Shown: piece after piece, positions 54,067 to 61,121 of the stretch
Layout: every line of letters begins with the position of its first letter
How positions within the stretch are numbered: position 1 is the first letter of the stretch
Source of the DNA: an uncultured Ignavibacteriaceae bacterium
Lineage (GTDB): Bacteria; Bacteroidota; Ignavibacteria; Ignavibacteriales; Ignavibacteriaceae
NCBI GenBank assembly: GCA_964556005.1
Contig: CAZKUR010000014.1
Location: forward strand, 444 to 64,443
Direction of reading: 5' to 3'
Length of the DNA: 64,000 nt
Position numbers and translations under genes: made by a program
Notes under the pieces: model-generated
What the model saw: the letters and a program-made list of their open reading frames with translations, nothing else
What the model was told of the DNA's origin: nothing
Database searches by the model: none

Positions 54067-55299
54067 ATGAAAATTTCTGAAATATTCAACATTTCTCTTC
54101 AATCAATTTATTCAAACAGACTAAGAACTTTTTTAACAATACTCGGAGTGGTTGTTGGCATTTTTTCAATTATAGTTATTATGACTGTAATAACAATGCT
54201 TCAAAATAGTATTGAGAGTGGATTTTCTCAGTTAGGTCAAAATACTTTTGAGATACGCAAGTTTCCGGCATTAATGGCAGGCGGACATAGAGCATGGATG
54301 AAATATAGAAACAGACCGGATATCACTCTTGATGATTATTACAGGTTGAAAGGCATGTTGGCAAGTGCAATGTATGTAGGTGCACAGGATGATCGGAATG
54401 GCGTTGTCGTAAAATACAATGGGAAAGAAACAAATCCTAATATTACGGTAATCGGTTTAACAGCCGAAGCTATGAAAACTAACGATTGGAATGCATCTTA
54501 TGGAAGAGATATAAGAGATATCGATATAAAATATTCAAATGATGTTTGCGACATAGGGCAGGATATTGTCGATAAACTCTTTCCGAATATTAATCCAGTA
54601 GGTCAGATTATTAGAATTAGTAATTATCCGGTAAAAGTAATTGGAGTGCTTGAACGAAAACCTCAGTTATTTGGTCAAAGCCAGGATAGTAATATCCTTA
54701 TACCTATTTCTACTTTTCAAAATGTATTCGGGAAGCTGCATAGAAGTCTTGATATAACCGTTATGACACAAAGCAAAGCTGATTACGAAGCTACAATAGA
54801 AGCGGCCATCGGTTACATGCGTGTTATAAGAAAAATTCAGCCCGGCAAGGATAATGACTTTGATATTTTCAGCAATGAATCGATTATCGGTCAAATTAAT
54901 AATATTACAGGCGGTGTAAAAATTGGAGCTATTGTTGTCTCCATCATTGCTCTATTAGCAGCTGGAGTCGGGATAATGAATATTATGCTTGTATCTGTAA
55001 CGGAACGAACCAGGGAAATTGGTATAAGAAAAGCAATAGGTGCGAGAAAAAAAAATATTTTAGGCCAATTTTTAATCGAAGCAGTTTTCCTTTGTGTAAT
55101 TGGCGGAATTATCGGAATTATTCTCGGGGTTAGCATTGGAAATTTTGCCGGAAGCTTTTTGAACGCAAAAACTGCAATTCCTTATGCATGGGTAGCTATC
55201 GGTATGGGGTTGTGCGTTGCAGTTGGGATTATTTTTGGAACCTATCCTGCCTATAAAGCCGCCAATATGGATCCTATTGAAGCTTTAAGATATGAATAA
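54067..55299 (+). CDS. ABC transporter permease, MacB/FtsX type (permease 3; close paralogue of permease 2)
   Basis: The ORF track gives 54010..55299 (TTG). The ATG at 54067 gives 410 aa, collinear without gaps with permease 2 (for example RLRTFLTILGVVVGIFSIIVIMTVITMLQNSIESG versus RLRTLLTILGVVVGIFSIIVIMTIITMLQKSIESG). Confidence 0.85.
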   Translation: MKISEIFNISLQSIYSNRLRTFLTILGVVVGIFSIIVIMTVITMLQNSIESGFSQLGQNTFEIRKFPALMAGGHRAWMKYRNRPDITLDDYYRLKGMLASAMYVGAQDDRNGVVVKYNGKETNPNITVIGLTAEAMKTNDWNASYGRDIRDIDIKYSNDVCDIGQDIVDKLFPNINPVGQIIRISNYPVKVIGVLERKPQLFGQSQDSNILIPISTFQNVFGKLHRSLDITVMTQSKADYEATIEAAIGYMRVIRKIQPGKDNDFDIFSNESIIGQINNITGGVKIGAIVVSIIALLAAGVGIMNIMLVSVTERTREIGIRKAIGARKKNILGQFLIEAVFLCVIGGIIGIILGVSIGNFAGSFLNAKTAIPYAWVAIGMGLCVAVGIIFGTYPAYKAANMDPIEALRYE

Positions 55300-55328
55300 T
55301 AATCCATAAAAAATTTAATGTTTTTAGT

Positions 55329-55357
55329 AAGCCGGTTTGTTTAAACCGGCTTTTTTA
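55329..55357 (+). terminator. Rho-independent terminator
   Basis: AAGCCGGTTT-GTTT-AAACCGGCTT (perfect 10-bp stem) running into TTTTTT. It lies 29 nt after the stop at 55299. Confidence 0.75.
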
Positions 55358-55472
55358 TTAACAGAAAGTTGGGAAAATTTAACTCATAATTAATATTAAT
55401 TTTAAATTATTAAGTTATTATCGTATTAAATTTATATTTCCTTTAATTCTTTTTTTATCGTACAGAAAATAA

Positions 55473-56231
55473 ATGAAAGATATAAAAATTTCAGTCAATA
55501 ATTTGAGTCTATTTTATGGGAAAAAACAAGCACTCAAGGATATTACGCTTGAAATCCAAACAAATAAAGTAACGGCGTTTATAGGACCTTCGGGCTGCGG
55601 TAAATCAACATTTCTAAGAACGTTAAACAGGATGAACGATTTAATTCCCGGTGTTACAATAAGCGGCGATGTAATAATTGAAGATGTAGATATCTACAAA
55701 GAGAATATAGATGTGGTTAATTTGAGAAAAGATATCGGCATGGTTTTCCAGAAGCCAAATTTATTCCCTTTATCTATTTATCAAAACATCACTTATGCAC
55801 CCAGACTTCATGGCATTAGAAATAAGAAAATATTAAATGAAATTGTGGAAAAGACATTAACACAAGCCGCAATTTGGGATGAGGTAAAAGACAGGCTTAA
55901 AGAATCTGCGTTGAGCTTATCGGGCGGTCAGCAGCAGCGTGTTTGTATAGCAAGAGCGCTTTCAATTAATCCGAAAATAATTTTAATGGATGAGCCTGCA
56001 AGTGCACTCGATCCGATTGCTACAGCTAAAATTGAGGAACTGATTCACAGCTTGAAAAAAGAATTTACAATAATAATTGTTACTCATAATATGCAGCAGG
56101 CTGCAAGAGTCAGTGACTTTACCGCATTTTTTTACCTGGGAGAATTAATTGAGTTTGGAAAAACAACTTCCATTTTTACAAGTCCTTCCAAAAAGCAAAC
56201 GGAAGACTATGTTACCGGACGTTTCGGATAA
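55473..56231 (+). CDS. pstB: Phosphate ABC transporter ATP-binding protein PstB
   Basis: 252-aa ORF with Walker [21 protein letters not shown], signature [14 protein letters not shown] and the PstB-typical C-terminus [10 protein letters not shown]. Confidence 0.9.
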   Translation: MKDIKISVNNLSLFYGKKQALKDITLEIQTNKVTAFIGPSGCGKSTFLRTLNRMNDLIPGVTISGDVIIEDVDIYKENIDVVNLRKDIGMVFQKPNLFPLSIYQNITYAPRLHGIRNKKILNEIVEKTLTQAAIWDEVKDRLKESALSLSGGQQQRVCIARALSINPKIILMDEPASALDPIATAKIEELIHSLKKEFTIIIVTHNMQQAARVSDFTAFFYLGELIEFGKTTSIFTSPSKKQTEDYVTGRFG

Positions 56232-56262
56232 TCTTCTAAATCAATTTTAATATAGGGAATAC

Positions 56263-56973
56263 ATGGAAAGAAAATTCGAGCAGCAGATAGAAAAATTAAA
56301 AAAACGTATTTTGAAAATGAGCAGTCTCGTTGATGAGCAGGTCGAATTTGCATTTAAAGCAATCGATGAAGAAAATGAAGAACTTGCACAACTGGTAATT
56401 GACCGGGATGAAAAGGTCGACAGGTACGAGGTTAAAATCGATAAGCTCTGTCAGAAATTAATTGCATTGAATCAGCCTGTTGCGATGGATCTACGTTATA
56501 TTATGTCTGCAATAACAATAAATACCAATCTTGAAAGGATTGGAGATATCGCCACAAACATTGCAGAAAATTTTTTGTTAATGAAACGAAAACCTGCTTT
56601 CATAAAAAGAATAATTTTTGATGATATGGTACGGCTTGTTAAAGGAATGATTAAGAACGCTCTTGATTCGTTTATTAATAACGATCCGAAGCTTGCACAA
56701 AGTGTTATTAAAACAGACGATATTTTAGATGGCTACAATATGGAGAATTATAAAAATTTAAAACAGATAATGAAAGAAAATCCCGATAATATCGATTCTG
56801 CAGTGGCGATGCTAATTATTTCACGTCAGATTGAAAGGCTCGGAGATCATGCAACTAACATTGCCGAAGATGTCTTCTTTATAGTTGAAGCCCAATTAAT
56901 AAAACATAAGTATGGAAAATACTTGTTTTCAGATGATGAGATTGATGATGATAACGACGGCAGTTATGAATAA
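56263..56973 (+). CDS. phoU: Phosphate signalling complex protein PhoU
   Basis: 236-aa ORF with two PhoU repeats, each carrying the E(R)(I/L)GD motif (LERIGDIATNIAE and IERLGDHATNIAED). It has an unusual acidic C-terminal tail (SDDEIDDDNDGSYE). Confidence 0.85.
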   Translation: MERKFEQQIEKLKKRILKMSSLVDEQVEFAFKAIDEENEELAQLVIDRDEKVDRYEVKIDKLCQKLIALNQPVAMDLRYIMSAITINTNLERIGDIATNIAENFLLMKRKPAFIKRIIFDDMVRLVKGMIKNALDSFINNDPKLAQSVIKTDDILDGYNMENYKNLKQIMKENPDNIDSAVAMLIISRQIERLGDHATNIAEDVFFIVEAQLIKHKYGKYLFSDDEIDDDNDGSYE

Positions 56974-57546
56974 CTAAAAAATACTCTCAAGTGTTTTATT
57001 TATAAGCTCTTTGGAATTAATTAAAAAATCTTCACTGCCGCTTTTATTAAGCTTGTTCCCGAAAAGCATTCCCCAGCTTGTTACGATTATAAAACGGGGC
57101 AGGGAAGGATTCATTGTTTCTATCCTTCCTGCATAAACCGAATTTAAAGCAAGTTTAATTACTTCTTCCTCACTTTTGAATAAATTATTTAAAGCTGCCT
57201 GTTCTTTTTCCAGAGTTTCATCTTTTAAGAGTACAAGCATTGTGTCGAATAAAAGCTTATATGTTTCGTAAACTTTTTCTTTATAGTCATAATATTCAGA
57301 AAATCTTTTTGTTGGAGATAATGCTTCATTATTAAAGATGTTTTTAATTTCGATAATAAATTGCCGGGTATCATATTCTATGGTTTCATAAAATAGCTGC
57401 TCTTTAGAATCGAAATAATGATAAAGAGTTGCTTTTCCGATTCTAAGATCCCTTGCAATTTCTTCAAGAGTGGTTTTATTTAATCCATGGCGTGCAAATC
57501 TTTTTGATGCCGCTCTCAAAATCTGCACTTTTCGATTATTTTCCAA
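56974..57546 (-). CDS. TetR/AcrR family transcriptional regulator
   Basis: 190-aa ORF with the N-terminal HTH FARHGLNKTTLEEIARDLRIGKATLYHYFDSKEQLF. Confidence 0.85.
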   Translation of the reverse strand: MENNRKVQILRAASKRFARHGLNKTTLEEIARDLRIGKATLYHYFDSKEQLFYETIEYDTRQFIIEIKNIFNNEALSPTKRFSEYYDYKEKVYETYKLLFDTMLVLLKDETLEKEQAALNNLFKSEEEVIKLALNSVYAGRIETMNPSLPRFIIVTSWGMLFGNKLNKSGSEDFLINSKELINKTLESIF

Positions 57547-57721
57547 TTTCTCCCTGCAACAATTTGAATCAAATTTGATATTTAAGTTACGAAAAATTAT
57601 TTAGCTGGTAAATAAAGAAATGAAAATTAATTATCGATAAAATGAAAGACAAAAAATAAATATTGAACGATTTGGAAAAATTTAATTGAAAAGTGAATCC
57701 GTGTTATGGTTTTATTCGACA

Positions 57722-57754
57722 AGAGATGACATCTTTTAACAAGATGCCATCTCT
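57722..57754 (+). repeat. Second copy of the AGAGATGACATCTT / AAGATGCCATCTCT hairpin (first copy at 5798-5831)
   Basis: AGAGATGACATCTT-TTAAC-AAGATGCCATCTCT has both 14-nt arms identical to those at 5798-5831, including the same A-C mismatch. Here it is followed by AAAAAA, not a T-run. Confidence 0.6.
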
Positions 57755-57779
57755 AAAAAATATAATGTATGCTTAACTA

Positions 57780-58043
57780 TTAATTCGAAACAATTTTCTT
57801 AGCATCATCAATCAAGCCGTTTGCTCTCTTTTTACCTTCGGAGTAAAGCTCTTGAACTCTTCCTCTGCTTGATTCATAATATTCTTCAACGTCGTCAAAA
57901 ATTTCACCGGCTTTTCGATTGAGTTTTCTTCTTAATACTCTCCCGGATGAAGGAGCAAAAAGCAGCGCTGCCAAGCTTCCGATTATTCCGCCTGCAATAA
58001 GTCCTGTTAATAATGCGGACAATTTATCTTCTTCTCTACTCAT
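57780..58043 (-). CDS. YtxH domain-containing small protein
   Basis: 87-aa ORF. The N-terminal glycine-zipper TM helix (LLTGLIAGGIIGSLAALLFAPSSG) is followed by a charged helical tail, typical of YtxH. Confidence 0.7.
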   Translation of the reverse strand: MSREEDKLSALLTGLIAGGIIGSLAALLFAPSSGRVLRRKLNRKAGEIFDDVEEYYESSRGRVQELYSEGKKRANGLIDDAKKIVSN

Positions 58044-58150
58044 ATCTTTTTTACCTCCAATTAAATTTATTGAAGTAATAATTAAAATTTTCTCGTTCGT
58101 TATAATTGAAATATAAGATTTTATAGATGATATTCAATCTGTTAAATCAC

Positions 58151-58395
58151 AAGAAGAATATTAAATTGTAATTCAAACCTGTAATTCTTCTTCTATTCCC
58201 GTAGTGGGTGACAAAAAGTCCGTCGACCTCGTCAGGTCGACGAGACCTGACTGGTAATTTTGTCATCACGAACGGAGCCTGCCTTTGCCGAAGCGTCCTA
58301 CCTACACGCCTGCGTGTTGGAACACTTCGGTGTGTAAACACGAAGCGTTTCGCGTAGGCAGGCTTCGTGCAGGCAGGTGAAGTGATCTCACTTTT
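58151..58395. repeat. GC-rich hairpin island (second locus)
   Basis: Read directly. Stems are AAGAAGAAT/ATTCTTCTT (58151-59 / 58184-92), CGTCGACC/GGTCGACG (58221-28 / 58235-42) and the overlapping GTCAGGTC/GACCTGAC (58231-38 / 58244-51). AGCCTGCCT/AGGCAGGCT (58276-84 / 58356-64) encloses a hairpin at 58325-58345 with a GTAA loop. There is a unit GTCATCACGAA...CGAAGCGTCC (58262-98). GTGAAGTGATCTCACT (58377-92) resembles the reverse complement of 32066-32081. The 64-aa ORF called here looks like a composition artefact. Confidence 0.55.
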
Positions 58396-58411
58396 TAATT
58401 ATAATTATCAA

Positions 58412-58478
58412 ACTAAAATAAACTTTGTCATTCATCTGATAAATAAAGGCAAGGCTTTTTTCGGTAACTCGCAATGAC
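58412..58478 (+). repeat. Conserved AT-rich module, copy 2 (first copy at 32345-32404)
   Basis: TTGTCATTCATCTGATAAATAAAGGCAAGG (58425-58454) matches 32352-32381 at 28 of 30 positions. GTCATT (58427-32) can pair with AATGAC (58473-78). Confidence 0.55.
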
Positions 58479-58540
58479 TTTTTTCTTCTTTTCGGTCAGC
58501 CACTACGTTTTTTGTGATCGAAATATATGATTATAATCTT

Positions 58541-59275
58541 CTAACGTTTTCCGATAGCAAAAAATTTCACTAATATAATTCCGGCAATAAAACCGCCTAT
58601 GTGCGCTCCGTAAGCAATACCTGATGAACCTTGTCCGCCGAGCATTCCAAGCCCGCTAACAAGCTGGAACAAAAACCACATTCCAATTGCAACGATTGCA
58701 GGTACATTGGTCAGAAAATAAAAGAAGAGGACAGTAACTCTTCTTCTTGGAAAGAGCAGCAGATAAGCCCCAAGTACTCCTGAAATTGCACCCGACGCAC
58801 CCAGGGTCGGGATTAGAGGATTAGCATGTACTAAAACGGTTGCATAAATATTTGCAAGCGAAGCTAATATTCCGCAGACCAAATAAAAAATTAAATATCT
58901 AAAATGGCCTATCACATTTTCAATATTGTCGCCGAAAATAAATAGGAAAAGCATGTTTCCTAAAATATGTGCAATGCCTCCGTGCATAAACATTGAAGTA
59001 ATAATAGTCAAATAAACGGGAATCGGTGTTGGCTGCAGCCCTGGAACAGTATATCTCTCGTCGGTTTGAGGATCAATATATGTCTTGCTCGCAGTTACAA
59101 TATCTTTCCCCGTCATTATTTCTTCCGGGACGGTTGAAAACTCATAAATGAATTTCTGGTTATTTCCGAAATCCTGAAATTTAATAAACACAAAAACATT
59201 AATGAGAATTAGAAAATAATTCATTAACGGTTTTATTCTTCTATCGCGATTGTCGTCGCCTAAAGGAAGTATCAT
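58541..59275 (-). CDS. Rhomboid family intramembrane serine protease
   Basis: 244-aa ORF with six or more TM segments. It has the HxxxN motif (HILGNMLFLFIFG), the catalytic GASGAISG and a downstream His (AHIGGFIAG). Confidence 0.85.
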   Translation of the reverse strand: MILPLGDDNRDRRIKPLMNYFLILINVFVFIKFQDFGNNQKFIYEFSTVPEEIMTGKDIVTASKTYIDPQTDERYTVPGLQPTPIPVYLTIITSMFMHGGIAHILGNMLFLFIFGDNIENVIGHFRYLIFYLVCGILASLANIYATVLVHANPLIPTLGASGAISGVLGAYLLLFPRRRVTVLFFYFLTNVPAIVAIGMWFLFQLVSGLGMLGGQGSSGIAYGAHIGGFIAGIILVKFFAIGKR

Positions 59276-59292
59276 TGGTTTTAATTACGGTT

Positions 59293-60978
59293 TTAGTTTT
59301 TTCTTAAAGTTGCCTGAAACAACATTCCCAAAATAACCACACCTAAACACCCTATTGCATTAAACCATAAAAACGGAATGCTGGTAAAAACATAACAGTA
59401 AATTACAAATAATTCCGAAATAATTGCTGCAATAAATGTCGCAGTCCCTTTAACTTTTTTAAGAAAAAACGCTGCAAGGAAAATTCCGAGGATTGTTCCG
59501 TAAACAAGTGAGCCTAAAATATTAACCGCCTCAATAAGAGTACCGAGCCGATTTGCAAATAGTGCAAACAACATTGCATAAAATCCCCAGAAGACAGTTG
59601 CAAGTTTTGTAATAAAAAGATAGTGCTTGTCAGGAGCATCTTTTTTGATTAATCTTTTATAAATATCAATTACGGTAGTTGAGGCTAATGCATTTAACTC
59701 TGCGGAAGTCGATGACATTGATGCAGACATGATTGCAGCAAGTACCAACCCTATTAATCCAACAGGTAAAAAATTAATTACGAAAGAAAGGAAAATATAA
59801 TTTGTATCATTTCCGTCGGAGCCTGTATTAACTTTTTTTATAATTCCGACTGCTTCATTTTTTATTTTACCTGCGCTAATTTCGTTTTGAGTTAAACTAT
59901 TTTCCGCTTCTTTTACTTTTTCTGTTTCATTATTTTTAATTCCGTTGAGAAGTTTGTAAATATTTTCTTTTTTCTCATCATGAATTTCTGCGTATATATT
60001 CTGTAAACGACTATATTGATTCGAATAATTACTCCGAACAACTTTTTGTGTCTGAACAGGATTAAAATAAAGCGGAGGAGTGGAGAACTGGTAAAAAACA
60101 AAAACCATAGCACCGGTGAGAAGAATAAAAAATTGCATTGGAACTTTTACAATTCCGTTAGCAAGCAGCCCAAGCCTGCTTTGTGCGATGGACTTTCCGC
60201 TTAAATATCTTTGCACCTGCGATTGATCGGTTCCGAAATATGAAAGCATTAAAAATGTTCCGCCAATTAAGCCCGACCAAATAGTATATTTATTCTTTAA
60301 ATCAAAAGAAAAATCTATTGCATTGAGTTTCCCCATTTTTCCCGCAATGTAAAGTGCATCTATGGGAGAAATATTTTTTGGCAGCAAATGAAAAATTGTA
60401 AAGAAAGCAGCGAACATTCCGGCAGTAATTATAATCATCTGTATAATTTGCGTTTTATTAACGGCATTCGATCCTCCGATAGTCGTATAAATAATTACAA
60501 AAAATCCGAGTATAAAAACCGTGACGTCAATATTCCAATCTAAAATTACACTGATAATTAAGGCGGGTGCAAAGATTGTAAAGCCGGCAGCAAGTCCTCT
60601 TTGGGTTAGAAATAAAACACTTCCTAAAATTCTATTCTTTAAATCGAATCTTTTTTCCAAATACTCATAAGCAGTGTAAACATTTAACTTGTGGTAAATC
60701 GGAACAGCGACAATGGATAGTATAATCATTGCAATGGGCAAGCCCAAATAAAATTGAACAAAGCTCATTCCGTCGACATACGCCTGCCCCGGGGTTGAGA
60801 GAAATGTAATTGCGCTTGCCTGGGTTGCCATAATTGAAATCAGGATTGTGAACCAGGGAGCAGATTTTCCGGTTAGAATATAGCTGTCGATATTATCCGT
60901 TTTGCGCGTTTTCCAAATTCCGTAAATCACTACGAAAGCAAGGAACCCGCACATAACGGTCCAGTCTATAAGACTCAA
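59293..60978 (-). CDS. Sodium:solute symporter family (SSF) transporter
   Basis: 561-aa ORF (TTG start), polytopic with about 13-14 TM segments. It has SSF-like blocks (GGSNAVNKTQIIQM, LGLLANGIVKVPMQF). An unusual soluble insertion of about 100 aa (KVVRSNYSNQYSRLQNIYAEIHDEKKENIYKLLNGIKNNETEKVKEAENSL...) lies between TM segments. Confidence 0.8.
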   Translation of the reverse strand: MSLIDWTVMCGFLAFVVIYGIWKTRKTDNIDSYILTGKSAPWFTILISIMATQASAITFLSTPGQAYVDGMSFVQFYLGLPIAMIILSIVAVPIYHKLNVYTAYEYLEKRFDLKNRILGSVLFLTQRGLAAGFTIFAPALIISVILDWNIDVTVFILGFFVIIYTTIGGSNAVNKTQIIQMIIITAGMFAAFFTIFHLLPKNISPIDALYIAGKMGKLNAIDFSFDLKNKYTIWSGLIGGTFLMLSYFGTDQSQVQRYLSGKSIAQSRLGLLANGIVKVPMQFFILLTGAMVFVFYQFSTPPLYFNPVQTQKVVRSNYSNQYSRLQNIYAEIHDEKKENIYKLLNGIKNNETEKVKEAENSLTQNEISAGKIKNEAVGIIKKVNTGSDGNDTNYIFLSFVINFLPVGLIGLVLAAIMSASMSSTSAELNALASTTVIDIYKRLIKKDAPDKHYLFITKLATVFWGFYAMLFALFANRLGTLIEAVNILGSLVYGTILGIFLAAFFLKKVKGTATFIAAIISELFVIYCYVFTSIPFLWFNAIGCLGVVILGMLFQATLRKN

Positions 60979-61121
60979 TCAAATACCTTTGTAAATAAAT
61001 AGAAAAGCAAAATCAATAAGACAAGATTGGAGAAGACTAAAAAATAAAGTCTTCTCCAGCTTTTGAAAAACGGCGGCGGAATTTCCTCTAATTTATTTTG
61101 AACTCGATTCTTTTGTTTCAC
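60975..61121 (-). CDS. Possible 48-aa single-TM micro-protein translationally coupled to the symporter gene
   Basis: This is the C-terminal part of track ORF 60975..61250. The only start that avoids a long overlap with the upstream gene is the GTG at 61121, giving (M)KQKNRVQNKLEEIPPPFFKSWRRLYFLVFSNLVLLILLFYLFTKVFD. Its TGA overlaps the symporter TTG start (TTGA). No clear SD was seen. Confidence 0.3.
   Translation of the reverse strand: MKQKNRVQNKLEEIPPPFFKSWRRLYFLVFSNLVLLILLFYLFTKVFD

Noticed and set aside
58221-58251. Resemblance of GTCAGG...GAGACCTGAC to the cobalamin-riboswitch B12 box and of CAGGTC to SRP RNA
   Set aside because: The B12-box-like halves are interrupted by 5 nt. None of the other conserved cobalamin-riboswitch or SRP (GGAAGCAGCC-type) elements are present nearby. 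No B12-related gene is adjacent.
58147-58341. 64-aa Arg-rich minus-strand ORF
   Set aside because: It has the same cause as 32021..32269, being a product of the second GC-rich hairpin island. No SD or family resemblance was found.
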